64,000 bases of DNA from assembly GCA_019116705.1 (NCBI GenBank), contig DXBF01000054.1, positions 93,304 to 157,303 on the forward strand. The letters are read 5' to 3'. A program made the translations under genes and the position numbers. The stretch's first letter is position 1, and every line of letters starts with the position of its first letter. Of the stretch, positions 8,630 through 18,181 are shown piece by piece. Below the pieces are notes generated by a model that made no database searches, was not told where the DNA came from, and was given only the letters and a program-made list of their open reading frames with translations. Source of the DNA: Candidatus Gemmiger avistercoris. Lineage in GTDB: Bacteria > Bacillota > Clostridia > Oscillospirales > Ruminococcaceae.

Positions 8630-8933
8630 AGTATCTCCGGGCGCAGTGTATTTATTGGGATTCCCTCGGCGCGGGCGAATACACACGCACTACGCTTTGG
8701 TAGCTTCATAAATGCATGACGGGCCGCAAAGCTTAAGCCCGTGCACGTTCAGTACCTAATCGACGCCCTGAGCCCGCGCGGTACTGACGCGGGCAGGACG
8801 GTCGCGCCTAATCAGGCAGCGACGGCAACAGGATAATTGTTGTCAGTTCATTTTAGTTGGCGCTTTTATCGTGGTGCACCGCCACGGCCCGCTGCTCACG
8901 CCTTTCTCTCCCCGTCGAAACCATTACAGCCCC
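8581..8933 (-). ncRNA. ssrA: tmRNA; predicted tag (A)DNNYPVAVAA at 8844-8812
   Basis: 5' GGGGCTGTAATGGTTTCGAC, 3' GGTTCGACTCCCGTCAGCTCCACCA; 353 nt; tag ends in AA-stop; directly downstream of smpB. Confidence 0.96.
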
Positions 8934-8981
8934 GCATATTCGGTGGGCCATGCCCACCGGGAAAGCAAAAGCAGACAGCTT

Positions 8982-9449
8982 TTATCGCTGCGTTTTCAAT
9001 GCGCGGTCGATGTCGCGCTTGGCGTCGCGCGCCGCAGCGGTCGCGCGTTTGTCGTACAGTTTTTTGCCTTTACAGAGCCCCAGTTCCAGCTTGACGCGGC
9101 CATGTTTGAAATAGAGCGAAAGCGGGATCAGCGTATACCCCTGCAGCTTGATCTGCTGGCCCAGGCGGCGGATCTCGGCCTTGTGCGCCAGCAGGCGGCG
9201 AGGGCGGCGGGGGTCCTTATTGAAGATGTTCCCCTGCTCGTACGGGCTGATGTGCATGCCCTTCACGATCAGTTCACCGTCGTCGATATCCGCCCAGGCG
9301 TCCTTGAGGTTGGCCCCGCCGGCACGCAGGCTTTTGACTTCGGTGCCCACCAGTTCGATGCCGGTCTCCAGCGCCTCCATCACAAAGTACTCATGGCGTG
9401 CTTCGCGGTTTTGGGCAATGATCTTTTTTCCAGACTTTTCCTCTGCCAC
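8982..9449 (-). CDS. smpB: SsrA-binding protein
   Basis: [29 protein letters not shown]; GTG start after AGGAGG. Confidence 0.97.
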   Translation of the reverse strand: MAEEKSGKKIIAQNREARHEYFVMEALETGIELVGTEVKSLRAGGANLKDAWADIDDGELIVKGMHISPYEQGNIFNKDPRRPRRLLAHKAEIRRLGQQIKLQGYTLIPLSLYFKHGRVKLELGLCKGKKLYDKRATAAARDAKRDIDRALKTQR

Positions 9450-9481
9450 AAGCACACCTCCTTTTCATGCAGTGGGGTTAG

Positions 9482-9510
9482 ATTATAGCGCAGGCGCGCC
9501 AAAAAGTCAA
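9482..9510 (-). promoter_or_regulatory. Sigma-A promoter of smpB-ssrA
   Basis: TTGACT-17-TATAAT. Confidence 0.75.
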
Positions 9511-9520
9511 GACCGGTTTG

Positions 9521-10117
9521 TCACAATTCGCCGCGGCCCTGCATGGCGCGGTACAGCGTCGTCTCGTCGGCGTATTCCAGGCTGGACCCTACCGGCAGGC
9601 CGTAGGCCAGCCGCGTGGTACGCACGCCCAACGGTTTGATCAGCTTGGCCAGGTACATGGCCGTGGCCTCCCCCTCCACCGTCGGGCTCGTCGCCATGAT
9701 GACTTCCTTGACGGTATCGTTGAGGCGGGCCAGCAGTTCCTTGACGCAGAGCTGCTCGGCGCCCACGCCGTCCATCGGGGAGATCAGGCCGTGCAGTACA
9801 TGGTACAGCCCGTTGTATTCGTGGGTGCGCTCAATGGCCTTGATATCCCGCGGGCTTTCCACCACGCAGATGGTGCTGCGGTCCCGTTTGGGCGAAGCAC
9901 AGATCCTGCACACTTCGTCCGCCGTATAGTCCTGGCAGATGCGGCAGCGGTGCAGGTCCTTTTTGGCGTGCTCGATGGCTTTTGCCAGTTCCATCGCCTG
10001 TGCGTCCGGCATCGCCATGACTTCATAGGCCATCCGCGTGGCGCCCTTGCGGCCGATGCCCGGGAACCGTGCAAACTGGTCCACCAGATTTTCCAGCGGC
10101 TCTACATTCTGCGGCAT
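9521..10117 (-). CDS. recR: Recombination mediator RecR
   Basis: PGIGRK HhH, C4 zinc finger, YHVLHG, TVEGEATA TOPRIM. Confidence 0.97.
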   Translation of the reverse strand: MPQNVEPLENLVDQFARFPGIGRKGATRMAYEVMAMPDAQAMELAKAIEHAKKDLHRCRICQDYTADEVCRICASPKRDRSTICVVESPRDIKAIERTHEYNGLYHVLHGLISPMDGVGAEQLCVKELLARLNDTVKEVIMATSPTVEGEATAMYLAKLIKPLGVRTTRLAYGLPVGSSLEYADETTLYRAMQGRGEL

Positions 10118-10128
10118 GGCGACCCCTC

Positions 10129-10470
10129 TCAGCCCAGACCGGGAATGTTCAGCCCGCCGGTCATCTTGGCCATTTCTTCCTCGGACTCCTTGTCCACCGC
10201 AGCGACCGCGCTGTTCACCGCCGCCGCGATCAGATCCTCCAGCATTTCCAGATCGTCGGGGTCAACCGCTTCCGGCTTGATTTTGACTGCGGTGACCTCG
10301 TGCTTGCCGGTCATCGTGACAGTGACCATCTCGCCGCTGGCCGTGCCGGTGTATTCCTTGGCTTCGAGTTCCTCCTGCTTGGCGCGGATCTCCTCCTGCA
10401 TTTTCTGGACCTGGCGCATCATGGCATTGGGGTCCGGGCGGCCGTAGCCTTTGGGCAGTCTTGCTTTCAT
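10129..10470 (-). CDS. ybaB: YbaB/EbfC nucleoid-associated protein
   Basis: VDPDDLEMLEDLIAAAVN; dnaX-ybaB-recR order. Confidence 0.95.
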   Translation of the reverse strand: MKARLPKGYGRPDPNAMMRQVQKMQEEIRAKQEELEAKEYTGTASGEMVTVTMTGKHEVTAVKIKPEAVDPDDLEMLEDLIAAAVNSAVAAVDKESEEEMAKMTGGLNIPGLG

Positions 10471-10489
10471 AAATGTGTTCCTCCAACTT

Positions 10490-12223
10490 TTATTGATCTT
10501 CGATCGCCACATCTACCCCCAGCGCCTGCATGTTCTGCAGGGTCTGGTCGATGGTCGGCTGTTTCGTTCCCCGGGCTTCCGCCTCCTGGGGCTTATAGGG
10601 GCCGATACCGCAACGGATGCGGGTAGTGCGGTAGATGGCTTCCTTCATTTTTTTGCGGATATCCTCATTGTTGCGGATGTAGTCGCGGAAGGCGTCGCTG
10701 CACTCAAACAGCACCCGCCTCCCGTCATAGTAGGCATGGGTCCCCCGCAAAAAGGAGATCAGCATCGCGTCCGTTTCCTCCAGGTCCGCCAATACCAGCG
10801 CCCACTGGGGGAAGGGTCTCAGTTCCCCGGCTTCCTCCTTGGGCGCCGCCTTGCGCGGCGGCGCGGCGGGTTGGGGAGCCGGGGCCGCCTGCGGCGCCGG
10901 CCTGAGTTCCGGCTGCAAAAATTCCGGCTCTTCGTCCGGCGGCGGAACTTCCTCCGCCAGCGGCCGCGCCTCTTGCACGGGCGGCGCTTCCTGCGGGATC
11001 GCAGACGGCACGGGTCGCGCCGCGGTCGGGGGCGGCGCCGTGCGCGCCTGCACCGGCGGAGGGGAAGCTGCCGGCGCCGCCGCAAAAGGCTGCGGCGCCG
11101 CCGGCCGGGCCTGCTGCGGCTGGGCGGCCGCAGCGGGAGCCGCTGCCTGTGGCTGCGTCAGCGCAAAAACCGCCAGTTCCAACTCAATGCGCTGATCGGT
11201 GCCGCGGCCCATTTTTTCCAGCGCCTGTCCGAAAGCATTGATGGCACGGATCGCCTCCGCCTGTGGGAATTCCTTGCGCGCCTGATAGGCCGCCTCCTCC
11301 TCCGGCGAGGTGCCGGTCAGCAGGTCGGCGCCCCCCGGCAGGCCACAGAGCATCAGGTTACGGTAGTGTCCGGCCAGTTCCATGCAGAGGCGGCGCATAT
11401 CCACACTCTGCTGGCGCAGTTCGGCGATCTTTTCCAGCGCCGTGACGGAGTCCCGTGCGGCAATGGCGTCGCTGATCTCAAAAAGATAGGTGCGGTCGGT
11501 CACACCCGCCATGCGCCGCACCAGCGCTTCGTCCACGTGGTTGTCCACACCGGCGCAGGTATCCAGAATGGAGAGTGCGTCGCGCATGGCGCCGTCTGCC
11601 AGACGGCCGATCAGCCGGGCCGCATCCGATTCCAGTTCGATCTTTTCCTGCCCGGCTACGAACAGCAGCCGGTCGGCAATGTCCCGGGCCGTGATCCGCG
11701 CAAAGTCGTACCGCTGGCATCGGCTGAGGATGGTGACGGGAACTTTCTGGACTTCGGTGGTGGCCAGGATGAAGATCACATGCTCCGGCGGTTCTTCCAT
11801 CGTCTTGAGCAGGGCATTGAACGCCTGCATCGAGAGCATGTGCACCTCGTCGATGATGTATACCTTGTAGCGGCAGACCGACGGCAGATAGGCGACTTCA
11901 TCCCGCAGGTCGCGGATGTCGTCCACGCCGTTGTTGGAAGCCGCGTCCATCTCGATGATGTCCATGATCGCGCCGCTGTCGATCCCCTTGCAGATCTCGC
12001 ATTCGCAGCAGGGATCGGGGCTGGTATGATCCAGGCAGTTCACCGCCTTGGCAAAGATCTTGGCACAGGTGGTCTTGCCGGTGCCGCGGGTGCCGGTGAA
12101 CAGATAGGCATGGCCGATGCGCCCGGCGGCGATCTGGTTCTGCAGCGCTGTGACGATGGGTTTCTGCCCCACTACGTCGGCAAAACGCTGCGGACGCCAT
12201 TTACGGTACAACGCGCGGTACAT
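10490..12223 (-). CDS. dnaX: DNA polymerase III subunit gamma/tau
   Basis: YRKWRP, GTRGTGKTT, DEVHML, SRC; Pro/Ala linker; GGAGG RBS before ATG at 12223. Confidence 0.97.
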   Translation of the reverse strand: MYRALYRKWRPQRFADVVGQKPIVTALQNQIAAGRIGHAYLFTGTRGTGKTTCAKIFAKAVNCLDHTSPDPCCECEICKGIDSGAIMDIIEMDAASNNGVDDIRDLRDEVAYLPSVCRYKVYIIDEVHMLSMQAFNALLKTMEEPPEHVIFILATTEVQKVPVTILSRCQRYDFARITARDIADRLLFVAGQEKIELESDAARLIGRLADGAMRDALSILDTCAGVDNHVDEALVRRMAGVTDRTYLFEISDAIAARDSVTALEKIAELRQQSVDMRRLCMELAGHYRNLMLCGLPGGADLLTGTSPEEEAAYQARKEFPQAEAIRAINAFGQALEKMGRGTDQRIELELAVFALTQPQAAAPAAAAQPQQARPAAPQPFAAAPAASPPPVQARTAPPPTAARPVPSAIPQEAPPVQEARPLAEEVPPPDEEPEFLQPELRPAPQAAPAPQPAAPPRKAAPKEEAGELRPFPQWALVLADLEETDAMLISFLRGTHAYYDGRRVLFECSDAFRDYIRNNEDIRKKMKEAIYRTTRIRCGIGPYKPQEAEARGTKQPTIDQTLQNMQALGVDVAIEDQ

Positions 12224-12252
12224 GGTCACACCTCCCCACAAAACCAGAAAAA

Positions 12253-12420
12253 GCGGGCAGAGCACGCGGCTGCGCCGCTTTGCATACAGATGCAGGCTTG
12301 CCGCAGCACTGGACGAGCGCCGCTTAATGCTGCTCGGTTCCCCGCCTGACATGGTTCACAGGCCGCCCACGCACGGGGCCCACATCTGTATGCAAAACAG
12401 CGCAATTCAGCCCTGTCCGC
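12253..12420 (-). ncRNA. ffs: Signal recognition particle RNA (about 168 nt)
   Basis: S-domain GTGAACCATGTCAGGCGG-GGAA-CCGAGCAGCATTAAGC; 5' and 3' ends pair in a long stem followed by T-run; upstream of dnaX. Confidence 0.9.
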
Positions 12421-12427
12421 AGTAAGT

Positions 12428-12456
12428 ATTATACAATATTGCCGCATGAATTGCAA
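12428..12456 (-). promoter_or_regulatory. Sigma-A promoter of ffs-dnaX
   Basis: TTGCAA-17-TATAAT; the -10 contains the TAA stop of the upstream ABC ATPase. Confidence 0.75.
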
Positions 12457-13226
12457 GAGGCGGTTTTTGGCGGTTCCTCCCGGCGCAGGTAATACGTTCC
12501 GTCCGGCGCGCGGCGGAGTTCCACACCAAATACCCGGTCGAGCATCCGGCTGGCGAAAAGGCGCTCAGGCGTATCGAAGGCCGCCAGCCTCCCGTCTGCC
12601 AGCACCGCCACCTCGTCACTGTATTGCAGCGCCTGCGCCAGATCGTGGAGCACCAGTATCACGGCCCGCCCCTGCCCCGCCAGCGTGCGCAGCAACTCCA
12701 GCAATTCAAACTGCGCGGCCACATCTAGGTAGGTCGTGGGTTCGTCCAGCAGGATGGCATCACCGCCCTGGGCCAGCGCCATGGCCAGATAGACGCGCTG
12801 CCGTTCACCGCCGGAAAGTTCCCGCAGATCCCGCTGCGCCCAGCGCTCCACCCCGGCAGCCTGCATCGCCTGCTCTACAGCCCGGCGGTCCCGGGCCGTC
12901 ATCTGGCGGGAGAGCCCCAGGTACGGGAACCTTCCATGGCTGACAAGCCCCCGTACCGTGATCTCCGGGATCGCGCGGACTTGCGGCATAAACGCCGTCG
13001 TGCGGGCAAACTCCCTGCGGGTGTAGCTTTGCAGCGGGCAGCCCCGCAGCCTCACCTCGCCTTCCCGCAGCGGCAGCTGCCGTGCCATCGCCTTGAGCAG
13101 CGTCGTTTTGCCGCAGCCGTTCGGCCCTACCAGCGCCGTGATCCGGCCTGCCTGCGCGGCAAAACTGACCCCCTGCAGGACTGCCCGTTCCCCGTAGCCC
13201 ACCGAAACAGAGCGCAATTCAAACAT
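12429..13226 (-). CDS. BtuD/FecE-type ABC transporter ATPase
   Basis: GPNGCGKTT, LSGGERQR, LLDEPTTYLD, VLHDL. Confidence 0.92.
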   Translation of the reverse strand: MFELRSVSVGYGERAVLQGVSFAAQAGRITALVGPNGCGKTTLLKAMARQLPLREGEVRLRGCPLQSYTRREFARTTAFMPQVRAIPEITVRGLVSHGRFPYLGLSRQMTARDRRAVEQAMQAAGVERWAQRDLRELSGGERQRVYLAMALAQGGDAILLDEPTTYLDVAAQFELLELLRTLAGQGRAVILVLHDLAQALQYSDEVAVLADGRLAAFDTPERLFASRMLDRVFGVELRRAPDGTYYLRREEPPKTASCNSCGNIV

Positions 13227-14229
13227 AGATACGTCTCCTTCTCCGATGCAGCAAGAGATGCAAAAAGAACGGCCCGCCGATCAAAGAGAGCAGGATGCCC
13301 ACCGGCAGTTCAAAGGGGGCAAACAGCATGCGGGCTGCAATATCGCAGACAACCACAAAGGCCGCCCCCAGCAGTGCGGACGCGGGGACCAGCACCCGAT
13401 GGTCGGCCCCCGCAAAGCGGCGGACCATATGGGGCGCCAGCAGCCCCACAAAACTCAGAAGCCCCGCGAAGCTGACCGCCGCCCCCGCCAGCAGGGCCGC
13501 CGCCAGGATCCCCATAAAGCGGGTCCGGGTGACATGCAGCCCCAGCCCGGCGGCGCTTTCTTCCCCCAGGCAGAGGACGTTGAGGTCCACCGCCAGAAAC
13601 AGGGCCAGCAGCAGCCCCGCCGCCAGATAGGGGCACGCCGCCGCCAGCATCGGCAGGGTCACACCGGACAGGCCGCCGGTCAGGAAGCCGGGGGAACTGG
13701 CCACGATCTCCGGCCAGAGCAGTTTCAGCGTGTTGATCCCTGCGGTCAGCATACCGCTGACCGCCAGCCCGGCCAGCACCAGGGTGGTACGCGAAAGCCC
13801 GGCCCGCCAGGCAAGGGCGTAAACCAGCATGGCGCACCCCAGCGCCCCCAGAAAGGACGCAAACTGCACCGCCCCCGGCACCGCCGGCACGGCCACCATG
13901 GTCAGCAGGGCAAAAAAGCCCGCCCCCGCATTGACGCCGATGACATTGGGGCTGGCCATGGCGTTGTTGAGCACCGCCTGCAGCAGCACGCCTGCCGCAG
14001 CCAGCCCCGCCCCCGCACCCATACCCGCCAGCACACGGGGCAGACGCACATAAACGAGGACCCGCCATACGGTGTCCTGCGGGTCCTGTGCGCGGAGAGC
14101 CTGCACCAGCTGCGGCAGCGTATAAGGCTGGCTGCCCAGGCACAGTCCCGCCGCTGCGGACAAAACTACCGCCAGCGCCAGACCCGCCAGAAGCCAGGCC
14201 GCCCGGTACCCACGCTTTGTGTCGCCCAT
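13219..14229 (-). CDS. BtuC/FecCD-type ABC permease
   Basis: VRLPRVL, ASPNVIGVNAGA, FVGLLAPH, ELPVG..GGPFF. Confidence 0.92.
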   Translation of the reverse strand: MGDTKRGYRAAWLLAGLALAVVLSAAAGLCLGSQPYTLPQLVQALRAQDPQDTVWRVLVYVRLPRVLAGMGAGAGLAAAGVLLQAVLNNAMASPNVIGVNAGAGFFALLTMVAVPAVPGAVQFASFLGALGCAMLVYALAWRAGLSRTTLVLAGLAVSGMLTAGINTLKLLWPEIVASSPGFLTGGLSGVTLPMLAAACPYLAAGLLLALFLAVDLNVLCLGEESAAGLGLHVTRTRFMGILAAALLAGAAVSFAGLLSFVGLLAPHMVRRFAGADHRVLVPASALLGAAFVVVCDIAARMLFAPFELPVGILLSLIGGPFFLHLLLHRRRRRIYV

Positions 14230-14275
14230 TGTTTTCCTCCTGTCCGCCGCATCGCACGGCGACAGCGCGGCCCGT

Positions 14276-15046
14276 TCACTCCAGGAGCCGCGCCAGTTTT
14301 TCGCAATACAGCCGCTGGATCGCCGTCAGGCTTCCCAGCCCCTGCAGCGTGCAGCGCACGGAAAGTCCGGCGGCCCGAAGCTGCCGCTTCAGGCTGCCGG
14401 GGGCCTCGCCCGCCATATCGCGGCAGGCATGCGCCCCCGCCGTCAACAGCAGCGGTACCAGATGCGCCGCGCCATACCCGCCTGCCCGGAGCGCGGGCAG
14501 AATGGCTTCCAGCGTCGGCCATCCCCGGGGGACGACCACGAACACGTCCCGGCAGCCCTGTAAAGCAAAAGCGCTTTGCAGGGCCGCATACGCCATCCCG
14601 GCAAAGTGCGGCGTGCCATGGCCCATCAGGATCAACGCTTCCCCCGGAACCGGCGGCCACGCTTCTGCGAGCGCCTGCGCGACCCGCTGCAGGTCTTCCG
14701 TCCCTGCCAGCAGCGGTTCCCCCAGCCGCAGACAGGTAAAACAGCCCTGCCAGCGGGCGGTTTCCGCCCTGATTTTATCATATTCCCCGCCGTAGAGCAG
14801 ATACGCCGGCTGAACCGCCACATCCTCCACGCCGCGGGCCGCCAGCGCCTCCAGCGCCTCGGACAGTCCGACAGATGCAACGCCGCGGGCCCGCAATATT
14901 GCACGTACTGCCGGACTGGCGCAGGCACGGGTAAAAAGGCGGTCCGGCGCAGCGGCCTGCAAAGCGGCTTCCACCGCTTGCAGATCAGCCCTGCCGCTTT
15001 CCGCCCCTGTGCCAAAACTGACGCAGACCAGCGCCTTCTTCACCAT
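14276..15046 (-). CDS. cbiK: Sirohydrochlorin cobaltochelatase (CbiK family)
   Basis: VSFGT, LMGHGT and AGAHACRDMAG His motifs, LQGLG. Confidence 0.85.
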   Translation of the reverse strand: MVKKALVCVSFGTGAESGRADLQAVEAALQAAAPDRLFTRACASPAVRAILRARGVASVGLSEALEALAARGVEDVAVQPAYLLYGGEYDKIRAETARWQGCFTCLRLGEPLLAGTEDLQRVAQALAEAWPPVPGEALILMGHGTPHFAGMAYAALQSAFALQGCRDVFVVVPRGWPTLEAILPALRAGGYGAAHLVPLLLTAGAHACRDMAGEAPGSLKRQLRAAGLSVRCTLQGLGSLTAIQRLYCEKLARLLE

Positions 15047-15091
15047 TTTCTTCTCCTTATTCCCGCCGCCAGAGAAGCCCTCGGCCGGTGT

Positions 15092-17497
15092 TCACCCCAA
15101 CATCTGCCGGGCAAGATCGGCGCTGGCTTTGGCGTCTTTGCAGTAGAAATCCGCGCCGATCTCCTGTGCATAGCGCGGCGTGAGCACAGCGCCGCCCACC
15201 CAGACCCGGCAGGGCAGCCCGGCGGCGTGCAGCGCGTCGATGGTCGCCTTCATGTTGGGCACCGTCGTAGTCATCAGGGCCGACAGCCCCACCAGCTTTG
15301 CCCCGGTGGCGCGCACGGCTTCCACCACGCGTTCGGGCGGCACGTCCCGGCCCAGATCCAGTACGTCGTAGCCGTAGTTTTCCAGGATCACGCGGACGAT
15401 GTTCTTGCCGATGTCGTGCACATCTCCCTTGACGGTAGCCAGCACGATCTTGCCCTTGCCCATCGTCTGAGGCTGCCCGCGGGCAGCGATCTTTTCCTTG
15501 ACTTCTTCGAAGGCTGCCTGCGCGGCCGTCGCCGCCTGCAGCAGCTGCGGCAGGAAGATCGTGCCTTTCTCAAAGCCGTCCCCTACCGTGTCCAGCGCCG
15601 GGATCAGCGAAGTGTTGACCACTTCCAGCGGGTCCCGTTCCGCCAACGCTGCGCGGGCCGCCGTGCGGGCTTCTTCTTTCAGGCCGCGGCGCACCGCCTC
15701 CGCAAGCGCATCCCCCGCCCCCGGCGCGCCGGACTGGGTCCGGCTCTCCACCCGGCCCACCTGGCGGCTTTCGATCTGTACGTTGGCGTAGGCTTCCACA
15801 TAGGCCGTGCTCTGGGGGTCCCGGGCCGTCAGCACCCGGTAGGCCCGCACTGCCGCCATCATCTCGGGCGTGTTGGGGTTCATGATCGCCAGATCCAAAC
15901 CCGCCGCCATCGCCATCGTCAGGAAGGTGGTATTGAGATACCCCCGGCAGGGCAGCCCGAAACTGATGTTGGAAACCCCCAGGATCGTGCGCACACCTAG
16001 TTCCTGCTTGCAGCGGGTCAGCGCCTCCAGCGTCTGGGCGGCCCCCTCCTGCTGGGCGCTGGCCGTCAGCGTCAGGCAGTCGATGTAGATATCCTCTTTC
16101 GGAATGCCCGCAGCGCAGGCCGCCTCCACGATCTTGCGGGCGATCTCCACCCGCTGCCCGGCGGTCTGGGGGATGCCTTTTTCATCCAGCGTCAGCCCCA
16201 CTACTGCTGCGCCATACTTCTTGCACAGCGGCAGGACGGCGTCCAGCGTCTTTTGCTCGCCGTTGACCGAGTTGACGATGGGTTTGCCGTTGTAAACGCG
16301 CAGCGCACGGGCCAGCGCTTCAGGGTTGGAGGAGTCCAGCTGCAGCGGAAGATCGGTCACAGCCTGCAGTTCGCCCACCAGCCGTTCCAGCACGGCGGCT
16401 TCGTCGATGCCCGGCAAACCGGCGTTTACGTCCAGGATCTCGGCCCCCGCCTCCGCCTGGGCCACCGCCTGGGCGCAGGGGTAGGCGCTGTCGCCCTCCC
16501 GCAGAGCCTGCTGCAGCCGCTTTTTGCCGGTGGGGTTGATGCGTTCCCCCACCACCGTGATGCCGTCCACTTCCACAAAGCGCACCGGCGTGCACAGGCA
16601 GCTGCGGCGCAGAGGGATCTTCTGCGCCGGGGACAGCGGCGCAAAAAGTTCCCGCAGCCTGGCGATATACTCCGGCGTAGTACCGCAGCAGCCGCCTAGC
16701 ATCGAAACGCCCGTCGCCGCATACGCCTGCATCTGGCGGGCAAAAGTTCCGGCTTCCAGGTCATAGGAGCCGTCGGGGTTGGGCAGCCCTGCGTTGGGCT
16801 TGACGAACACCGGCAGGGCAGCCGGTACCGAACGGCACAGGCGCCGCGCCATGGGCAGGATCTCCTCCGGGCCCAGGGAGCAGTTGATACCGACGGCGTC
16901 CGCCCCCAGGCCCGCCGCCGTCACGGCATAGCTTTCCACTGTGCAGCCGGTGAACGTGCGGCCGTTGGCCTCAAAACTCATGGAGGTAAAAACCGGCAGT
17001 TCACTGTTTTCTTTTGCTGCCAGGATGGCCGCTTTCAGTTCGTACAGGTCCGTCATCGTTTCCAGGAACACAAAATCCGCCCCGGCCCGCGCCCCGGCCC
17101 GGATGACCTGTGCGAAGAGCCCATAGGCGTCCTCGAAGGGCAGCGTTCCCGCCGGGGCCAGCAATTCGCCCAGCGGGCCGATGTCCAGCCCCACCAGGGC
17201 GCTGCCGCCCGCGCCCCTGCGCGCGCAGGCGAGGGACGCTTCCACCACCTCCTCCACGCTGTGCCCGCAGCCCGACAATTTGCGGGCGTTGGCCCCGAAG
17301 GTGTTGGCCAGCAGAAGGTCGGCTCCCGCCGCCGCATACTCGGCATGGATGGCGGTCAGCGTATCCGGCATTTCCAGGGCCGCCAGTTCCGGTTTTTGCC
17401 CCGGGTGCAGGCCGCGCTTTTGCAGCTGCGTTCCCATGGCCCCGTCCAGAAAGACGAAGCGCCGGCGGTCGAAAATCTCTTGCATCCGTACAGGCAT
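15092..17497 (-). CDS. metH: Cobalamin-dependent methionine synthase (Hcy, pterin and B12 domains; no fused activation domain)
   Basis: LDGAMGT, GINC, GGCCGTTP, GERINPTGK, GDVHDIGKN, LSALMTTT. Confidence 0.93.
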   Translation of the reverse strand: MPVRMQEIFDRRRFVFLDGAMGTQLQKRGLHPGQKPELAALEMPDTLTAIHAEYAAAGADLLLANTFGANARKLSGCGHSVEEVVEASLACARRGAGGSALVGLDIGPLGELLAPAGTLPFEDAYGLFAQVIRAGARAGADFVFLETMTDLYELKAAILAAKENSELPVFTSMSFEANGRTFTGCTVESYAVTAAGLGADAVGINCSLGPEEILPMARRLCRSVPAALPVFVKPNAGLPNPDGSYDLEAGTFARQMQAYAATGVSMLGGCCGTTPEYIARLRELFAPLSPAQKIPLRRSCLCTPVRFVEVDGITVVGERINPTGKKRLQQALREGDSAYPCAQAVAQAEAGAEILDVNAGLPGIDEAAVLERLVGELQAVTDLPLQLDSSNPEALARALRVYNGKPIVNSVNGEQKTLDAVLPLCKKYGAAVVGLTLDEKGIPQTAGQRVEIARKIVEAACAAGIPKEDIYIDCLTLTASAQQEGAAQTLEALTRCKQELGVRTILGVSNISFGLPCRGYLNTTFLTMAMAAGLDLAIMNPNTPEMMAAVRAYRVLTARDPQSTAYVEAYANVQIESRQVGRVESRTQSGAPGAGDALAEAVRRGLKEEARTAARAALAERDPLEVVNTSLIPALDTVGDGFEKGTIFLPQLLQAATAAQAAFEEVKEKIAARGQPQTMGKGKIVLATVKGDVHDIGKNIVRVILENYGYDVLDLGRDVPPERVVEAVRATGAKLVGLSALMTTTVPNMKATIDALHAAGLPCRVWVGGAVLTPRYAQEIGADFYCKDAKASADLARQMLG

Positions 17498-17515
17498 TTG
17501 TATTCCCTCTCCCCG

Positions 17516-18181
17516 TCAGGTTTGTGAAAAGCAGGTGATCCCCTTTTGGCGGAAGCTGCAATTTTCGCGCAGATGGCAGGTCGCACAACCCGCCGGCGCT
17601 CCCGTGACCGGGTGGTCCGCCACCCCCAGCAGGGCCGTGGTGCTTTTGCGGGGCGCCAGCAGGTGCTGCGCCGTCACCGCCACGCCGCAGCCGCGTATGC
17701 TGTCCACCGCAAGGCAGAGCGCGTCGTTCAGTTCCAGCGGGCAGTCCCCGTACCCCGGCGCAAACCGCCCGGTCAGGTACAGCCCTTTTTTGCACAGTTC
17801 AGCGCGGAGTTCTTCCTCCAGCGCGTCGCAGACCTGTTCCAGCAGGCTGGACGCCAGCGCGTCGGCAGCCGCAGCCAGTGCGATATCCGTCAGTTCAAAG
17901 CGGCGCAGCAAGCGGTCTACTTCGCCGCCCAGCGTCGCCGTCAGCGCCAGCACCTGCCCGCACCCGGCCAGATGCCGTTCCAGGTCCCGCCCTGCATCCG
18001 GCGGCAGGAAAGCCTCCCGCGGCAGCGTCCGCCAGACTGCCCGCGGCACGGCGGCTTCCAACACCTGCCGTTCAGCTTCAGCCAGCAGCCGCCCTGTGGG
18101 GGCGTCGGGCTGCCAGCCGGCAGCGCCCATATAACGCAGGGCAGCCGCCCGGTCGATGGCCGCCGGTTTTGGCCGCAGCAT
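17516..18181 (-). CDS. Stand-alone methionine synthase activation domain
   Basis: ATLG, RFAPGYGD, PRKSTTA, C-terminal CxxCxxxxxC; lies between metF and metH. Confidence 0.88.
   Translation of the reverse strand: MLRPKPAAIDRAAALRYMGAAGWQPDAPTGRLLAEAERQVLEAAVPRAVWRTLPREAFLPPDAGRDLERHLAGCGQVLALTATLGGEVDRLLRRFELTDIALAAAADALASSLLEQVCDALEEELRAELCKKGLYLTGRFAPGYGDCPLELNDALCLAVDSIRGCGVAVTAQHLLAPRKSTTALLGVADHPVTGAPAGCATCHLRENCSFRQKGITCFSQT

Noticed and set aside
8264-8686. 140-aa minus-strand ORF
   Set aside because: Starts inside tmRNA, crosses its terminator and has no protein-like motifs
10640-10660. A7 run in dnaX as a gamma/tau frameshift signal
   Set aside because: Not an in-frame X XXY YYZ heptamer, and it lies about 50 codons from the C-terminus, far from where gamma would end
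10840-11160. Repetitive GC-rich sequence in dnaX (also ftsK at about 21550-22450)
   Set aside because: Encodes ordinary Pro/Ala-rich linkers; no regular DNA repeat unit or spacer structure
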